Below are positions 9,801-18,420 of a DNA stretch of 64,000 bases, piece after piece. Both the position numbers and the translations under genes were made by a program. The notes under the pieces were generated by a model, which saw only the letters and a list, made by a program, of their open reading frames with translations, made no database searches and was not told the DNA's origin. Location of the stretch: positions 1-64,000 of the IMG/VR virus record IMGVR_UViG_3300001782_000005; one strand, given 5' to 3'. How positions within the stretch are numbered: position 1 is the stretch's first letter; each line of letters starts with the position of its first letter.

Positions 9801-12800
9801 CTACAACTACTTCAACGAGTACGTCGACTTCTACAACTAGTACGACTACAACTTCTACAAGCACGTCTACCACAACTACTACTAGTCCTCCACTCTTTGA
9901 AATTAATGAAAGTTGTACTGATTTGTACGGTTCAACTCGTGTGTGTCAAAGTGTTACTCCAGATAGAACTTTCGAGATTACTAGTATAGTTATAGGATCG
10001 TGTCGAATTGTAGGTACTTCTGGTACAGCTAGACTAACTATATATACCTACCATCCTACTAATCCATATAGTGGAGTACTTTTAGGTACTTCGGATGATG
10101 TAGCTATTACAACTACTCCCACTACTCTTACATTCACTTTTGCTTCTCCTGTACAGATAGGAGCAAAATTCTGGGTGGTCATGGAGCCATCTGGAACAGC
10201 AACAAATGCTTATACGTATAGGACTAATTTTAATGCATACGCAGGTGGTTCTATAGGTTACTCATGGGATGATGGTGTAAATTGGGCTTTTGATGCCTTC
10301 GATATGTGTGATATTAAGATCTATGGTAATGATCTTGGCCCAACTACAACAACTACTACAACTTCTACTACTACAACTACAACTACAACCAGCACAACTA
10401 CAAGTACGACAACCTCTACGTCGACCTCGACAAGCACAACTACTACAACTACAACCAGCACAACTACAAGTACGTCAACTACAACCAGTACGACTACAAC
10501 CACAACAACTTCAACTTCTACAACTACAACCTCAACTTCCACTAGTACGACTACAACTTCTACAACAACTAGTACTACGACGAGTACTTCAACGACTTCC
10601 ACTAGTACGACTACAACAACAACTTCTACTAGCACGACGACGAGTACTTCAACGACTTCCACTAGTACGACAACTACAACCAGTACGACAACAACTTCTA
10701 CTAGCACGACGACTACTACAGTTCCTCCAACTACTACAACGTCAACCACAACATCGACTACCACTACTTCAACGACCTCTACTACGACAAGCACTACGAC
10801 AAGCACGACTACCACAACTACGACAACTACAACTTTACCAATTGTCTCGTTTGTAGATGACTATTTTGATAACGCTGTCATTGATGCTTGGTGGCACCAA
10901 GAGCCTGGTTCTACTGGTTCGTTCGTCGAAGCATCGTTAACTATAAATAGTAGTCAAGAGAATATTTTAGCTGGTGGTACAGCAGACTTTAACTGGCTAT
11001 ACCAGGGTATGATTGCTGGAGATTTCGACGTAGTTGCTAAGTTGATTAGCCTTACAAACTTCAATCAAAATCAACAGATAACTGGTTTAGTTGCTTATGT
11101 AGATAATAATAATTGGGCAGCAGTAGGAAAGAAATACTACTTTGGTCAACAAGCGTGGGTTACTCACAGGGTAGGTGGTCCTTACCATGAGAACTATACT
11201 GCTGACACAAACCTACCGTTCTTCTTGAGGATTAGAAGGATCGGTTCTCTATTTGAGACTTTCTACTCAACAAATGGAATAACTTGGACTCCGTATGATC
11301 CTGTTGCTGGTAGTCTTGATAGTACAGCTAATGTTAAGATAGGTCTATTTGCTAATGATCAATATACTACACAATTTAGTGCAGAGTATGACTTTACTCT
11401 TAATAGTGGTTCATTTATAAGTACAACTACAACGACGACAACTAGCACGACAACTACTACGACCTCGACATCTACGACTACAACCACTGCTCCTTGTCCA
11501 GAGTATACTTATTGTGATTCTACTTGTGCTCCTTGCTATGAATTAACTCTCAGTGGTTGGTCTGGATCTTGTGATTTAGCTGATTGCTCAGCTCTTAATG
11601 ATACTTATATCTTAGAACCATATCATGGCCCAGGTGGATGTAAGTGGGCACATTATCTTGGTGTTCTATATGACGATGATAATGAGATAAAGATAACTTG
11701 TGATTATGGAATCTGGGAACTTAGAGTAACAGTAGATGCAACCGCTTGCCTGATATTTGAGGCTGATGCAGTTGTAAATACGTGTCCTCCAGAAGATTAC
11801 ATTTCTTGGACACAAGTGGGTGGAGATTGTGTAGGTGGTTCGTTTACTCTTGTTGGACAACCTTGTCCAACTACTACTACGACTACGACTACGACAACTA
11901 GTACAACTACAACCACAACAACTAGTACAACGACTACTACGACTACTACGACTACTTCAACCATCACTACGACTACACCGCCTGGCATTCCATATGGAAT
12001 CTGTGCTGATACGTCATTCGGTGGAGCGATGTATCGAGCTAATCAACTGACTTGGTCTGATGCACGTGACTCAACTGCTGCTATTGGTCAAGTATTACTA
12101 AATGCAATTGCTACTGGCAATGCAATTAATGTTGTTCACTATCAAAGTAAGGGTACTGATTATTACAATCTTTGGAGGTTCTACTTTAGATTTGATTTAA
12201 GTAATATTCCACTCGGAACGACTATTACAGATGCAAGAATTGGTTTGTATTGGCCCACAGATATTCCTGTAACTACCCCTGCACGCTGGGTAGTTCAGCA
12301 AGGCCCAACAACATTTGATCTTGACGATTTTGGTGGGTTTACTGGACCTGAATTTGGTCATATGCTTTTTGATCCAGATCAGAAATATAATTATGTTTAT
12401 TTAAATTCTGCTGGAAGAGCATATTTAGAGAGCCAAATCGGTGGATATGCGTATCTTTGCCTCCGTGAGTATCATCACGATTATTTAGATGTGCCGCCAG
12501 TTTTCGAGAACCTTAAAACTTATTCAACTTTTTCAGAACCACCACTTGCTAAGGTGGATGTTTATTATGATCCTGATTTAGTCCCGTGTACTTGGTTATC
12601 AAGTTATGAATACGATGTAATTGATAGGTATAAACCAGGTACAATACATGATTTACACTCTGTTGCTTATGGTAATGGCAGATATGTTGCAGTTGGTGAT
12701 GGTGGGAAGGTAATTACCTCTACTGACGACGGAGAAACTTGGATTCAGTTATCTACTTTTACATCTGAAGATCTATTTGTTGTAAGGTATCTGAATTGTA

Positions 12801-15181
12801 CTTGGTTTATTGGCGGACGAAATGTAATTTATACTTCTCAAAATGGTACTAATTGGTCATATAGAGTAAACCCTGCAAATGGTTCAGGTAGAATTGTCCG
12901 AGGATTTGCTTGTAATGAAGGCGGATTAATTGTTGCTGCTGCATGGTCTCATACTATTGAAGAACGCTCTTCTTATTCTACTGACGGAGGACTTACGTGG
13001 ACTGCCCTTCCTAATGGGTGTCCAGATATGTTTAACTTCACTGATTTAGTTTATGGTGATGGAATATTTGTTGGTTGTGGTGGCTCCGGAGTTACTGTGC
13101 CAAGATTTACATATTCATATGATGGACTTAATTGGAGCGCTGCTGATGAGTGGCTTGCTGATAATGCCGTTTATGGACTTGCTTTTAACGGTAGCAGATT
13201 CTTTGCTGTCGGTTCACCAGGTCGTGCTTGGATATCAGATGATGGTGTAAATTGGACTAGGACTTCTCAAGCAGAGGGTGCTCCACGTCTAGATTATGAA
13301 GATGCTTGTTATGGTGTGGTATGGAATGGATGTCAATTTGTAATTGCAGCACATGATACCAGTTCTTCAGATCGTCAAAAGATTATAACAACCTTAGATG
13401 GTTATCAACCATTTACATATGAATATGACCAAGATAGTGGAGAAAGCGGATTAACTGCCATTGCATTTGATGGTATAAGTCGTCACGTACTTGTGGGTTA
13501 CGATGGCCAGGTTTTAACTGCTGATATTCGTACAATAACCACGACTACAACTACAACTATTACTATACCGCCAATAACTACAACTACAATTTGTCCACCT
13601 GATCTAACTGAGGATGATTTTAATGATGGAGCAATAGGTTCTTGGTGGACTCTTAGGGACAAACAAGGTGGAGATTTTGTTGAATCCGGTGGGTATATGA
13701 ATATACTCTCTGGCCCAGATGGATGTGATGCAATAGATCCATGTACTCCAACTTACATTGCTCAGTGTATTGACCCAAATAGACCGTATGACTATTGGGT
13801 TAAAGTTCTCACTCCAACCCTTACTTATGATGGTCAAGAGTATGGTGTGATGTCTAGAAATCTTGCTAGTCTTGATATCTATACTAAAATTGGAGTAAGA
13901 CGAGAAGGTGGGTCTTTATATGTTTATGGTTTGTATTCTGAAACTGGAACTTTAATTGACCAGATAATTCCTCTTCCTCTTGGTATCCCACAAGTTTGGT
14001 TAAGAATATCTAGAGATTCGGGAGGGCTCTTTAGATTTTACTATGCTTTGAGTCAACCTTATTCTATATCTGATTGGACAATACTTAGTTTGGTTAGTGG
14101 GGTATTTACCGATAGTGATAGGCAGAGAGTTGGTCTGTTTGCTACGAACCCATTTCACACAACTACAACGACAACTACAACAACTACAACTACAACAACT
14201 AGTACACTTACAACAGTTAGTACGACAATACCACTCACACCAAGTACAACCACAGTTACATATGCAAGTACTACCACAACGATTACGGATTTTGGTTTAT
14301 GGCAACCTGACTGTACTGGAACTCCTGGTTATCATACTGGTTTACAAGTCTCACAAAGTGTCTATGTTGATCCAGGCACTTGGAAATTTGACGCAATTGA
14401 AATTGGTGATATGGTTAGCACGAGCGGTTATGCTAAAGTTATAATTTATCGAGATACTGGAGGAAATCCAGCCAGTGGAATCTATGTGGGTCAGACAGGA
14501 GTACAGCCAATTTCAGGAGGTTTAGAACCCTATACTTTTTATCTTACTGTTCCTCGACCTATTGTCATTAGTCAAGGGTATGATTATCACCTTGTTGTTA
14601 CTGCTACTGATGCTGGAGGAAATATTGCATACGGACAGACAGTAACCCTATACGCATCTGCAGAGCACTATCCACCAGGTCTAATGTGGTATTATGACGA
14701 GGGAGGTGGTGGTTGGATACAAGACTCTTCTTCAGATGCCTTATGTATTTTTGCACGTGGAATATTAGTTTATACACCTGATCCACCTAGCGGGAATCAG
14801 TGTGAAGATAGATGTGCTTACAGATATTATGTAACGGTATCTGGTTTAACTGGAACTTGTGGATCTTATGATTGTAGCGTATTTAATGGTACCTATGTTT
14901 TGGATCGTCGTCCGAGTCTTTGTGAGTGGAGGCAAACAATAGAAACCGAAATTATGGGGAATCCAATCACAATAACTGCGTCTATAACTATTGGTTATTG
15001 TGGAATTAATTGTTATCTATGGTTATTTAGTATTGGCACCTCTGGATCTGGAACTTGTGGTCTCGCTACTCAATTTGTAACATTACGTGAAGAAGGTGAG
15101 AATTGTCCTCCATTAACCGGATGGTGGAGTGATCCCGGAGCTTGTAATTATGGGGGAACAATTATAGTGTCGCATAGCTAG
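6836..15181 (+). CDS. Giant modular mucin-like putative virion appendage protein (2781 aa)
   Basis: N-terminal DUF2341-like + LamG-like region, two SPRY/B30.2-like domains (about 8095-8655 and 8900-9460; GKWYWEI, IALDLxxxKxWF), DUF1349-like beta-sandwiches, beta-propeller repeats (VAVGDGGKVITSTDDGETW, about 12640-13530), two Cys-rich modules and many Thr tracts. Confidence 0.7.
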   Translation: MAWDNVINLFIDSSKVDENLTDFPVAIDLSNFPEVFVELTEADRKKIKVTTDASGNNQCYVEIEYFDSTAQVGIIHTKLPAIDSTADTSFYFWYDKDEADNTTYVGDISESPAQNVWDNNFVMVIHPQDPSGNGVDDIKDSTSNSNDGTPFNFEAGDLVEIGGGIPGRAVVFEETKNQRIGVPHHSTLAPTRLCLEVFAINENPAWDGPNWNTRSDHLVSKTEAGGYAVGLNESGSYCTDHLYFDVYRNGTYGRACEPSSNISDGWHYVACDYDGRYGVLQIDDTEVQINDAGGTYDITYSNSNMLQIGCEAGPGTSPPSPALLWEGKIGEVRISNASRPDAWRKATYHNLFGTLLRQTWTTTTTTTTTTTTTSTTTSTASTTIPYFPTTTTSTTTTTSTTTTTTTTTTTSTTTTTCPPLEYALDPSYTSADITLSNCNLTATSTGWDGGWDTTYAAPGFPVASGGKWYWEIHIDVGGGQMLGVEKLRETNNHVGSSAAGYGILNNGSIWNGNSQAGDLGADYVTNDIVMIALDLNNLKLWFGRNGSWYGAGANPATGTNPAFTIASGGTYYAGFSLGGGTDRQITVNFGETSFTHTPPSGFNAPEDYTTTTTTTTTSTTVPPTTTSTSTTTSTTTTSTTTTTLPPTTSTTTTTTTTTTTTTTTSATTTTSTTTTTTTSTSTTTTYPPGQLTWDPTWKAAQLQLFNSNLTVKSNASGWKSVGGTLGRAFGKWYWEITIDVMASGNSHMTGIAQSGHLVENRYPGQETTSYGYFDNGQKYHSGGGSVYGNSYSEGNIIGVALDLDSGKIWFAVNNVWQNSGDPAAGTNAAFSGIASATWYPFQGIYDSGDQSSINGDSVTLNYTPPTGYSALGGESVTTTTTTTSTTTTTSTSTSTTSTTTTTSTSTTTTTPPPTTTTTTTTTTTSTTTTTATTTTSTTTTTTSTTTTTTTSTTTTSTSTTTTTPPPTTTSTSTTTTTTSTSTSTSTSTSTTTSTSTSTSTTSTTTTSTSTSTTTTTSPPLFEINESCTDLYGSTRVCQSVTPDRTFEITSIVIGSCRIVGTSGTARLTIYTYHPTNPYSGVLLGTSDDVAITTTPTTLTFTFASPVQIGAKFWVVMEPSGTATNAYTYRTNFNAYAGGSIGYSWDDGVNWAFDAFDMCDIKIYGNDLGPTTTTTTTSTTTTTTTTSTTTSTTTSTSTSTSTTTTTTTSTTTSTSTTTSTTTTTTTSTSTTTTSTSTSTTTTSTTTSTTTSTSTTSTSTTTTTTSTSTTTSTSTTSTSTTTTTSTTTTSTSTTTTTVPPTTTTSTTTSTTTTSTTSTTTSTTTSTTTTTTTTTTLPIVSFVDDYFDNAVIDAWWHQEPGSTGSFVEASLTINSSQENILAGGTADFNWLYQGMIAGDFDVVAKLISLTNFNQNQQITGLVAYVDNNNWAAVGKKYYFGQQAWVTHRVGGPYHENYTADTNLPFFLRIRRIGSLFETFYSTNGITWTPYDPVAGSLDSTANVKIGLFANDQYTTQFSAEYDFTLNSGSFISTTTTTTTSTTTTTTSTSTTTTTAPCPEYTYCDSTCAPCYELTLSGWSGSCDLADCSALNDTYILEPYHGPGGCKWAHYLGVLYDDDNEIKITCDYGIWELRVTVDATACLIFEADAVVNTCPPEDYISWTQVGGDCVGGSFTLVGQPCPTTTTTTTTTTSTTTTTTTSTTTTTTTTTTSTITTTTPPGIPYGICADTSFGGAMYRANQLTWSDARDSTAAIGQVLLNAIATGNAINVVHYQSKGTDYYNLWRFYFRFDLSNIPLGTTITDARIGLYWPTDIPVTTPARWVVQQGPTTFDLDDFGGFTGPEFGHMLFDPDQKYNYVYLNSAGRAYLESQIGGYAYLCLREYHHDYLDVPPVFENLKTYSTFSEPPLAKVDVYYDPDLVPCTWLSSYEYDVIDRYKPGTIHDLHSVAYGNGRYVAVGDGGKVITSTDDGETWIQLSTFTSEDLFVVRYLNCTWFIGGRNVIYTSQNGTNWSYRVNPANGSGRIVRGFACNEGGLIVAAAWSHTIEERSSYSTDGGLTWTALPNGCPDMFNFTDLVYGDGIFVGCGGSGVTVPRFTYSYDGLNWSAADEWLADNAVYGLAFNGSRFFAVGSPGRAWISDDGVNWTRTSQAEGAPRLDYEDACYGVVWNGCQFVIAAHDTSSSDRQKIITTLDGYQPFTYEYDQDSGESGLTAIAFDGISRHVLVGYDGQVLTADIRTITTTTTTTITIPPITTTTICPPDLTEDDFNDGAIGSWWTLRDKQGGDFVESGGYMNILSGPDGCDAIDPCTPTYIAQCIDPNRPYDYWVKVLTPTLTYDGQEYGVMSRNLASLDIYTKIGVRREGGSLYVYGLYSETGTLIDQIIPLPLGIPQVWLRISRDSGGLFRFYYALSQPYSISDWTILSLVSGVFTDSDRQRVGLFATNPFHTTTTTTTTTTTTTTSTLTTVSTTIPLTPSTTTVTYASTTTTITDFGLWQPDCTGTPGYHTGLQVSQSVYVDPGTWKFDAIEIGDMVSTSGYAKVIIYRDTGGNPASGIYVGQTGVQPISGGLEPYTFYLTVPRPIVISQGYDYHLVVTATDAGGNIAYGQTVTLYASAEHYPPGLMWYYDEGGGGWIQDSSSDALCIFARGILVYTPDPPSGNQCEDRCAYRYYVTVSGLTGTCGSYDCSVFNGTYVLDRRPSLCEWRQTIETEIMGNPITITASITIGYCGINCYLWLFSIGTSGSGTCGLATQFVTLREEGENCPPLTGWWSDPGACNYGGTIIVSHS
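8660..8890 (+). repeat. Thr/Ser/Pro-rich tract (77 codons)
   Basis: ACN run between the two SPRY-like domains. Confidence 0.95.
9464..9886 (+). repeat. Thr/Ser/Pro-rich tract (141 codons)
   Basis: ACN/AGT/TCN run with interspersed PPP. Confidence 0.95.
10343..10834 (+). repeat. Longest Thr/Ser-rich tract (164 codons)
   Basis: Almost pure Thr/Ser with a single VPP; mixed ACT/ACA/ACG/ACC codons. Confidence 0.95.
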
Positions 15182-15215
15182 TTGGAACAAACTAACAAAG
15201 GAGAATTATTCATAA

Positions 15216-18194
15216 ATGTCATGGGTAGACAGAACCTCTGATGAGTATTGGGTAGCCGCTCGTGGGGCCGCCTGGAATGCAGGTGGTTGGTGGGATGTAC
15301 CTGGTACGGATACTGTAGAATTGCAGGACAAGGGCAATTGGGCAGAGGGGTTCCGTCCGACTCTTATTAGAATGACTTTTAGTGGAGGTGCAGTTAATCA
15401 ATTCAGAGGTGAGGACGCCTCACCAAATACAATTTGGTATAATGGTTCGTATACTAGCGGAACTTCAGTAGCAATTTCTTGGTCAACAAATGATTTATTC
15501 GCATTATTGTGGTATGCACTTAAAGATCCTCCAGCACAGATAACGAAGATTGAATTCTTTGATCCTGTTATAACCACTACTACTACGACTATGCCTCCTT
15601 GCGGTATAGATGAACCACAATCTGACGATTTTAATAATAGTTCTTTAGAGCCATTTTGGACTTGGCAAGATGTATCTGCTGTAGGAAGTTACGTTGAGGA
15701 AAATACTTATTTAAAAATAACTGCTGGAGATTGGAATAAAGACGATGATCCAATTCCACCAGCTCCTACTTGGGTTTACCAAGATTGTACTTGTGCTTTT
15801 GATATTAACACAAAGGTTCTATGGCCTGAATCACCTCTTGCTAATTATCAGGAATTTGGGATAACTGTTTCAAATTATTACCCGGGCGCCACAAGTTATT
15901 ACCATGCTTCAGTAGAATTTTACTATATAGCTAAACCAGGCGAATACAGAGTAAGAGCAAGTATAATAAGTCAGGTTGGCACTTCTAGTCCGTCAGTTAC
16001 TTGGACTGGCACGCCCGGTGATCCAATATATCTTAGACTTACTCGAGATCCTAGTGGTTTAATAAAATTTTATTGGAGATTAGAAGGTTCTCCTACTTGG
16101 TCAGAGATATCTGTTTTTGACCCACCTTATATAAATGGTTGGTCACAAGTTGGTCTTAATGCTCAATATGCTTCAAGTTTTGGCGCTGCACAATATGATA
16201 TTAGATTTGATTACTTCTTATCTGAACTGCCATCTACTACTACTACCACGACTTCAATAACTACGACAACTACATCAACTCTACCTGAGCAATTTTATGC
16301 ACAGTTTGATTTCTTTGAAGAGTGGACAGAGGCGAGCACTACAACTACAACTACAGTTACTTGGCCACCTGGAGTTTGTCCAGAGCCTGAGAGATATGAT
16401 CCAAGATGGACTGAGAATTATTTTCATGTCGATTGGCCACAAGAATTTGTATTCCAGTCTAATCATAATACTAAATTAGATCACTGTGGTACTTTTAAAC
16501 CTCATGGATTCTTAGGTTATTATCCTGGTGATTTCTCAGTTGATATGAGATTTGAATTATCTAGACCCATGAGAAATGATGGAGTAGATAGAGATTATAT
16601 TGGACTTGCAGTTAATATTGAGAATCTAAGAACCGTCACTATTGTCTTAACGTCAGATACTCAGCAGAAGGCAAGACGACTTGACAGCGATGGTTGTGTA
16701 TTCTCTGAAAGTTTTGGAACTGTCTATAAACCAACTGAAGTATGGTTAAGGGTTTCAAGAACTGATTCAGATTTTAATACCTACTTTTCATATGACAGGA
16801 TTAAATGGTATGAAATTACAGTCGCAAGTCCTCAAACTTATTCTGGTTTAGTCACAGTTCATTTCGGGGCCTATCATCGTACTGGTGGCCAGAAATTTGA
16901 AGCTAGATACCAATTCTGGACTTTATGGCCAGATGGCCCAAGTTGGTTAAAGTCGGGAGCATATTTACCTCATTTAATTGAGTCTGATGACTTTAATGAT
17001 AATATTCTTGATGATCGTTGGTTTAAGAGACATGGTACTTATTTCAGACCAACTTCTTATTGGGCCGAAGGATGTATCTGGGAAGATGATCAGGTATTAA
17101 AAGTTCAGACAAGTCCAGAAGAATTTTATGGTCCCTATAATGAATTTAATGGAACTTGGGCATGGCAAGATGTAAAAGGATTCTTCAACCTTACTGTGAA
17201 AATCAACGTTATTCCTGGCCTTATTGTTGATGGTTCAGAAATGGGTATTATTGCAAGAGAATTGCCTACTGAAGGGGAACCAACTTGTAGAGTTATTTAT
17301 ACAAAACAGGGTGGGAATTTTTACTTCAAACGTGTTGATGTTCAAGGAAGTGGTTCTAGCAGTGAAACGGTAGTAGCGGCTGGTTCTCTTAGTACATTCT
17401 GGTTGGGATTAAGGTGGTATAAAGATGGTTTCACAGCAAGTTATTCTTTGAATGGAATTAATTGGAATCCAATAGCTGCTCCAACTTCTCCAATTACTCC
17501 AACCAACTGGTTACAAGTTGGCTGTGCAGCGAAAGGTTGGACTGAAGTGGGTCCGACCACGACGACAATTACTGTGACAACTACTACTCTATCGACTACT
17601 ATACCTCCTACCCCAACTACGACAAGCACAACTACCACAACTGGTACGACAACATCTACTAGTATAATGACTACTACTAGTACAGTTTGGTATGAGTCGT
17701 TTAATGGTAGTGATGGGGATCCACCGAATCCGGCATACTGGGTAGAGCATGACTCGGGTGGAGTTATGTCAATTCAGAGTAATAAATTAAATTTTGATTC
17801 TTCTTCAATTTTTGCAGAGCATTCTTGGGTTGAAGGAACTTTCCTTATTAGTGGAGATATTGATATAACACTTGAATATGATTGGGATACATTTATGCCA
17901 GCTGTAAGTGGAGATAGTTTTGCTGCTAGATTATTACTTTATAAGGTTCCGGCAGAACCTACAACTCCAAGAGTAGTCATTGGAGTGTACTGGGGAGCTG
18001 GAGATCCTAGTCCAGTATTTAGAGCACATAGTTGGCCAGATGGTAATATAGATTCTATTCAAGTTGCACCGTCTTCGGGGAAATTTAGGATAACAAGAGT
18101 TGGTGCTGTGTGGAAGGCATACTACGAAATTGGATCTGGTTGGGAGTGGGATGGAAATCCAGCAGGGTTAACTTTTTTTAGAGACTTATATTAA
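15216..18194 (+). CDS. Modular Thr-rich protein with DUF1349-like beta-sandwiches (992 aa; probably extends to 18291 via a +1 shift at a T7 run)
   Basis: SDDFN-starting beta-sandwich modules and Thr linkers. The last domain stops early at TFFRDLY; the +1 frame supplies ETYINVSRVEIEF...NVNNLILY up to TAG 18289-18291. Confidence 0.7.
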   Translation: MSWVDRTSDEYWVAARGAAWNAGGWWDVPGTDTVELQDKGNWAEGFRPTLIRMTFSGGAVNQFRGEDASPNTIWYNGSYTSGTSVAISWSTNDLFALLWYALKDPPAQITKIEFFDPVITTTTTTMPPCGIDEPQSDDFNNSSLEPFWTWQDVSAVGSYVEENTYLKITAGDWNKDDDPIPPAPTWVYQDCTCAFDINTKVLWPESPLANYQEFGITVSNYYPGATSYYHASVEFYYIAKPGEYRVRASIISQVGTSSPSVTWTGTPGDPIYLRLTRDPSGLIKFYWRLEGSPTWSEISVFDPPYINGWSQVGLNAQYASSFGAAQYDIRFDYFLSELPSTTTTTTSITTTTTSTLPEQFYAQFDFFEEWTEASTTTTTTVTWPPGVCPEPERYDPRWTENYFHVDWPQEFVFQSNHNTKLDHCGTFKPHGFLGYYPGDFSVDMRFELSRPMRNDGVDRDYIGLAVNIENLRTVTIVLTSDTQQKARRLDSDGCVFSESFGTVYKPTEVWLRVSRTDSDFNTYFSYDRIKWYEITVASPQTYSGLVTVHFGAYHRTGGQKFEARYQFWTLWPDGPSWLKSGAYLPHLIESDDFNDNILDDRWFKRHGTYFRPTSYWAEGCIWEDDQVLKVQTSPEEFYGPYNEFNGTWAWQDVKGFFNLTVKINVIPGLIVDGSEMGIIARELPTEGEPTCRVIYTKQGGNFYFKRVDVQGSGSSSETVVAAGSLSTFWLGLRWYKDGFTASYSLNGINWNPIAAPTSPITPTNWLQVGCAAKGWTEVGPTTTTITVTTTTLSTTIPPTPTTTSTTTTTGTTTSTSIMTTTSTVWYESFNGSDGDPPNPAYWVEHDSGGVMSIQSNKLNFDSSSIFAEHSWVEGTFLISGDIDITLEYDWDTFMPAVSGDSFAARLLLYKVPAEPTTPRVVIGVYWGAGDPSPVFRAHSWPDGNIDSIQVAPSSGKFRITRVGAVWKAYYEIGSGWEWDGNPAGLTFFRDLY

Positions 18195-18290
18195 TGTCTC
18201 AAGGGTTGAGATTGAGTTCTTGCAAGGCAATGCAGGAATAATTAATTCTAATGTTAATAATCTAATTCTATACCAAGGAGCAATACTGTA

Positions 18291-18420
18291 GTTGGAACAA
18301 ATCAATAAAGGAGATAGGATCTAGATGAAGATTTACAAAAAGGTAGTCATAGACATTGAATCAAGTAAGATCTTGGAAGAAGTGTCTTACGACTACAACG
18401 GTCCTATCGCTCAAATGCAG
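18291..18420 (+). repeat. Copy 1 of a ~130-bp dispersed repeat (upstream motif + SD + 32-codon leader)
   Basis: GTTGGAACAAA...GGAGATAGGATCTAGATGAAGATTTAC...GGTCCTATCGCTCAAATGCAG; near-identical copy at 23023-23154. Confidence 0.9.
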
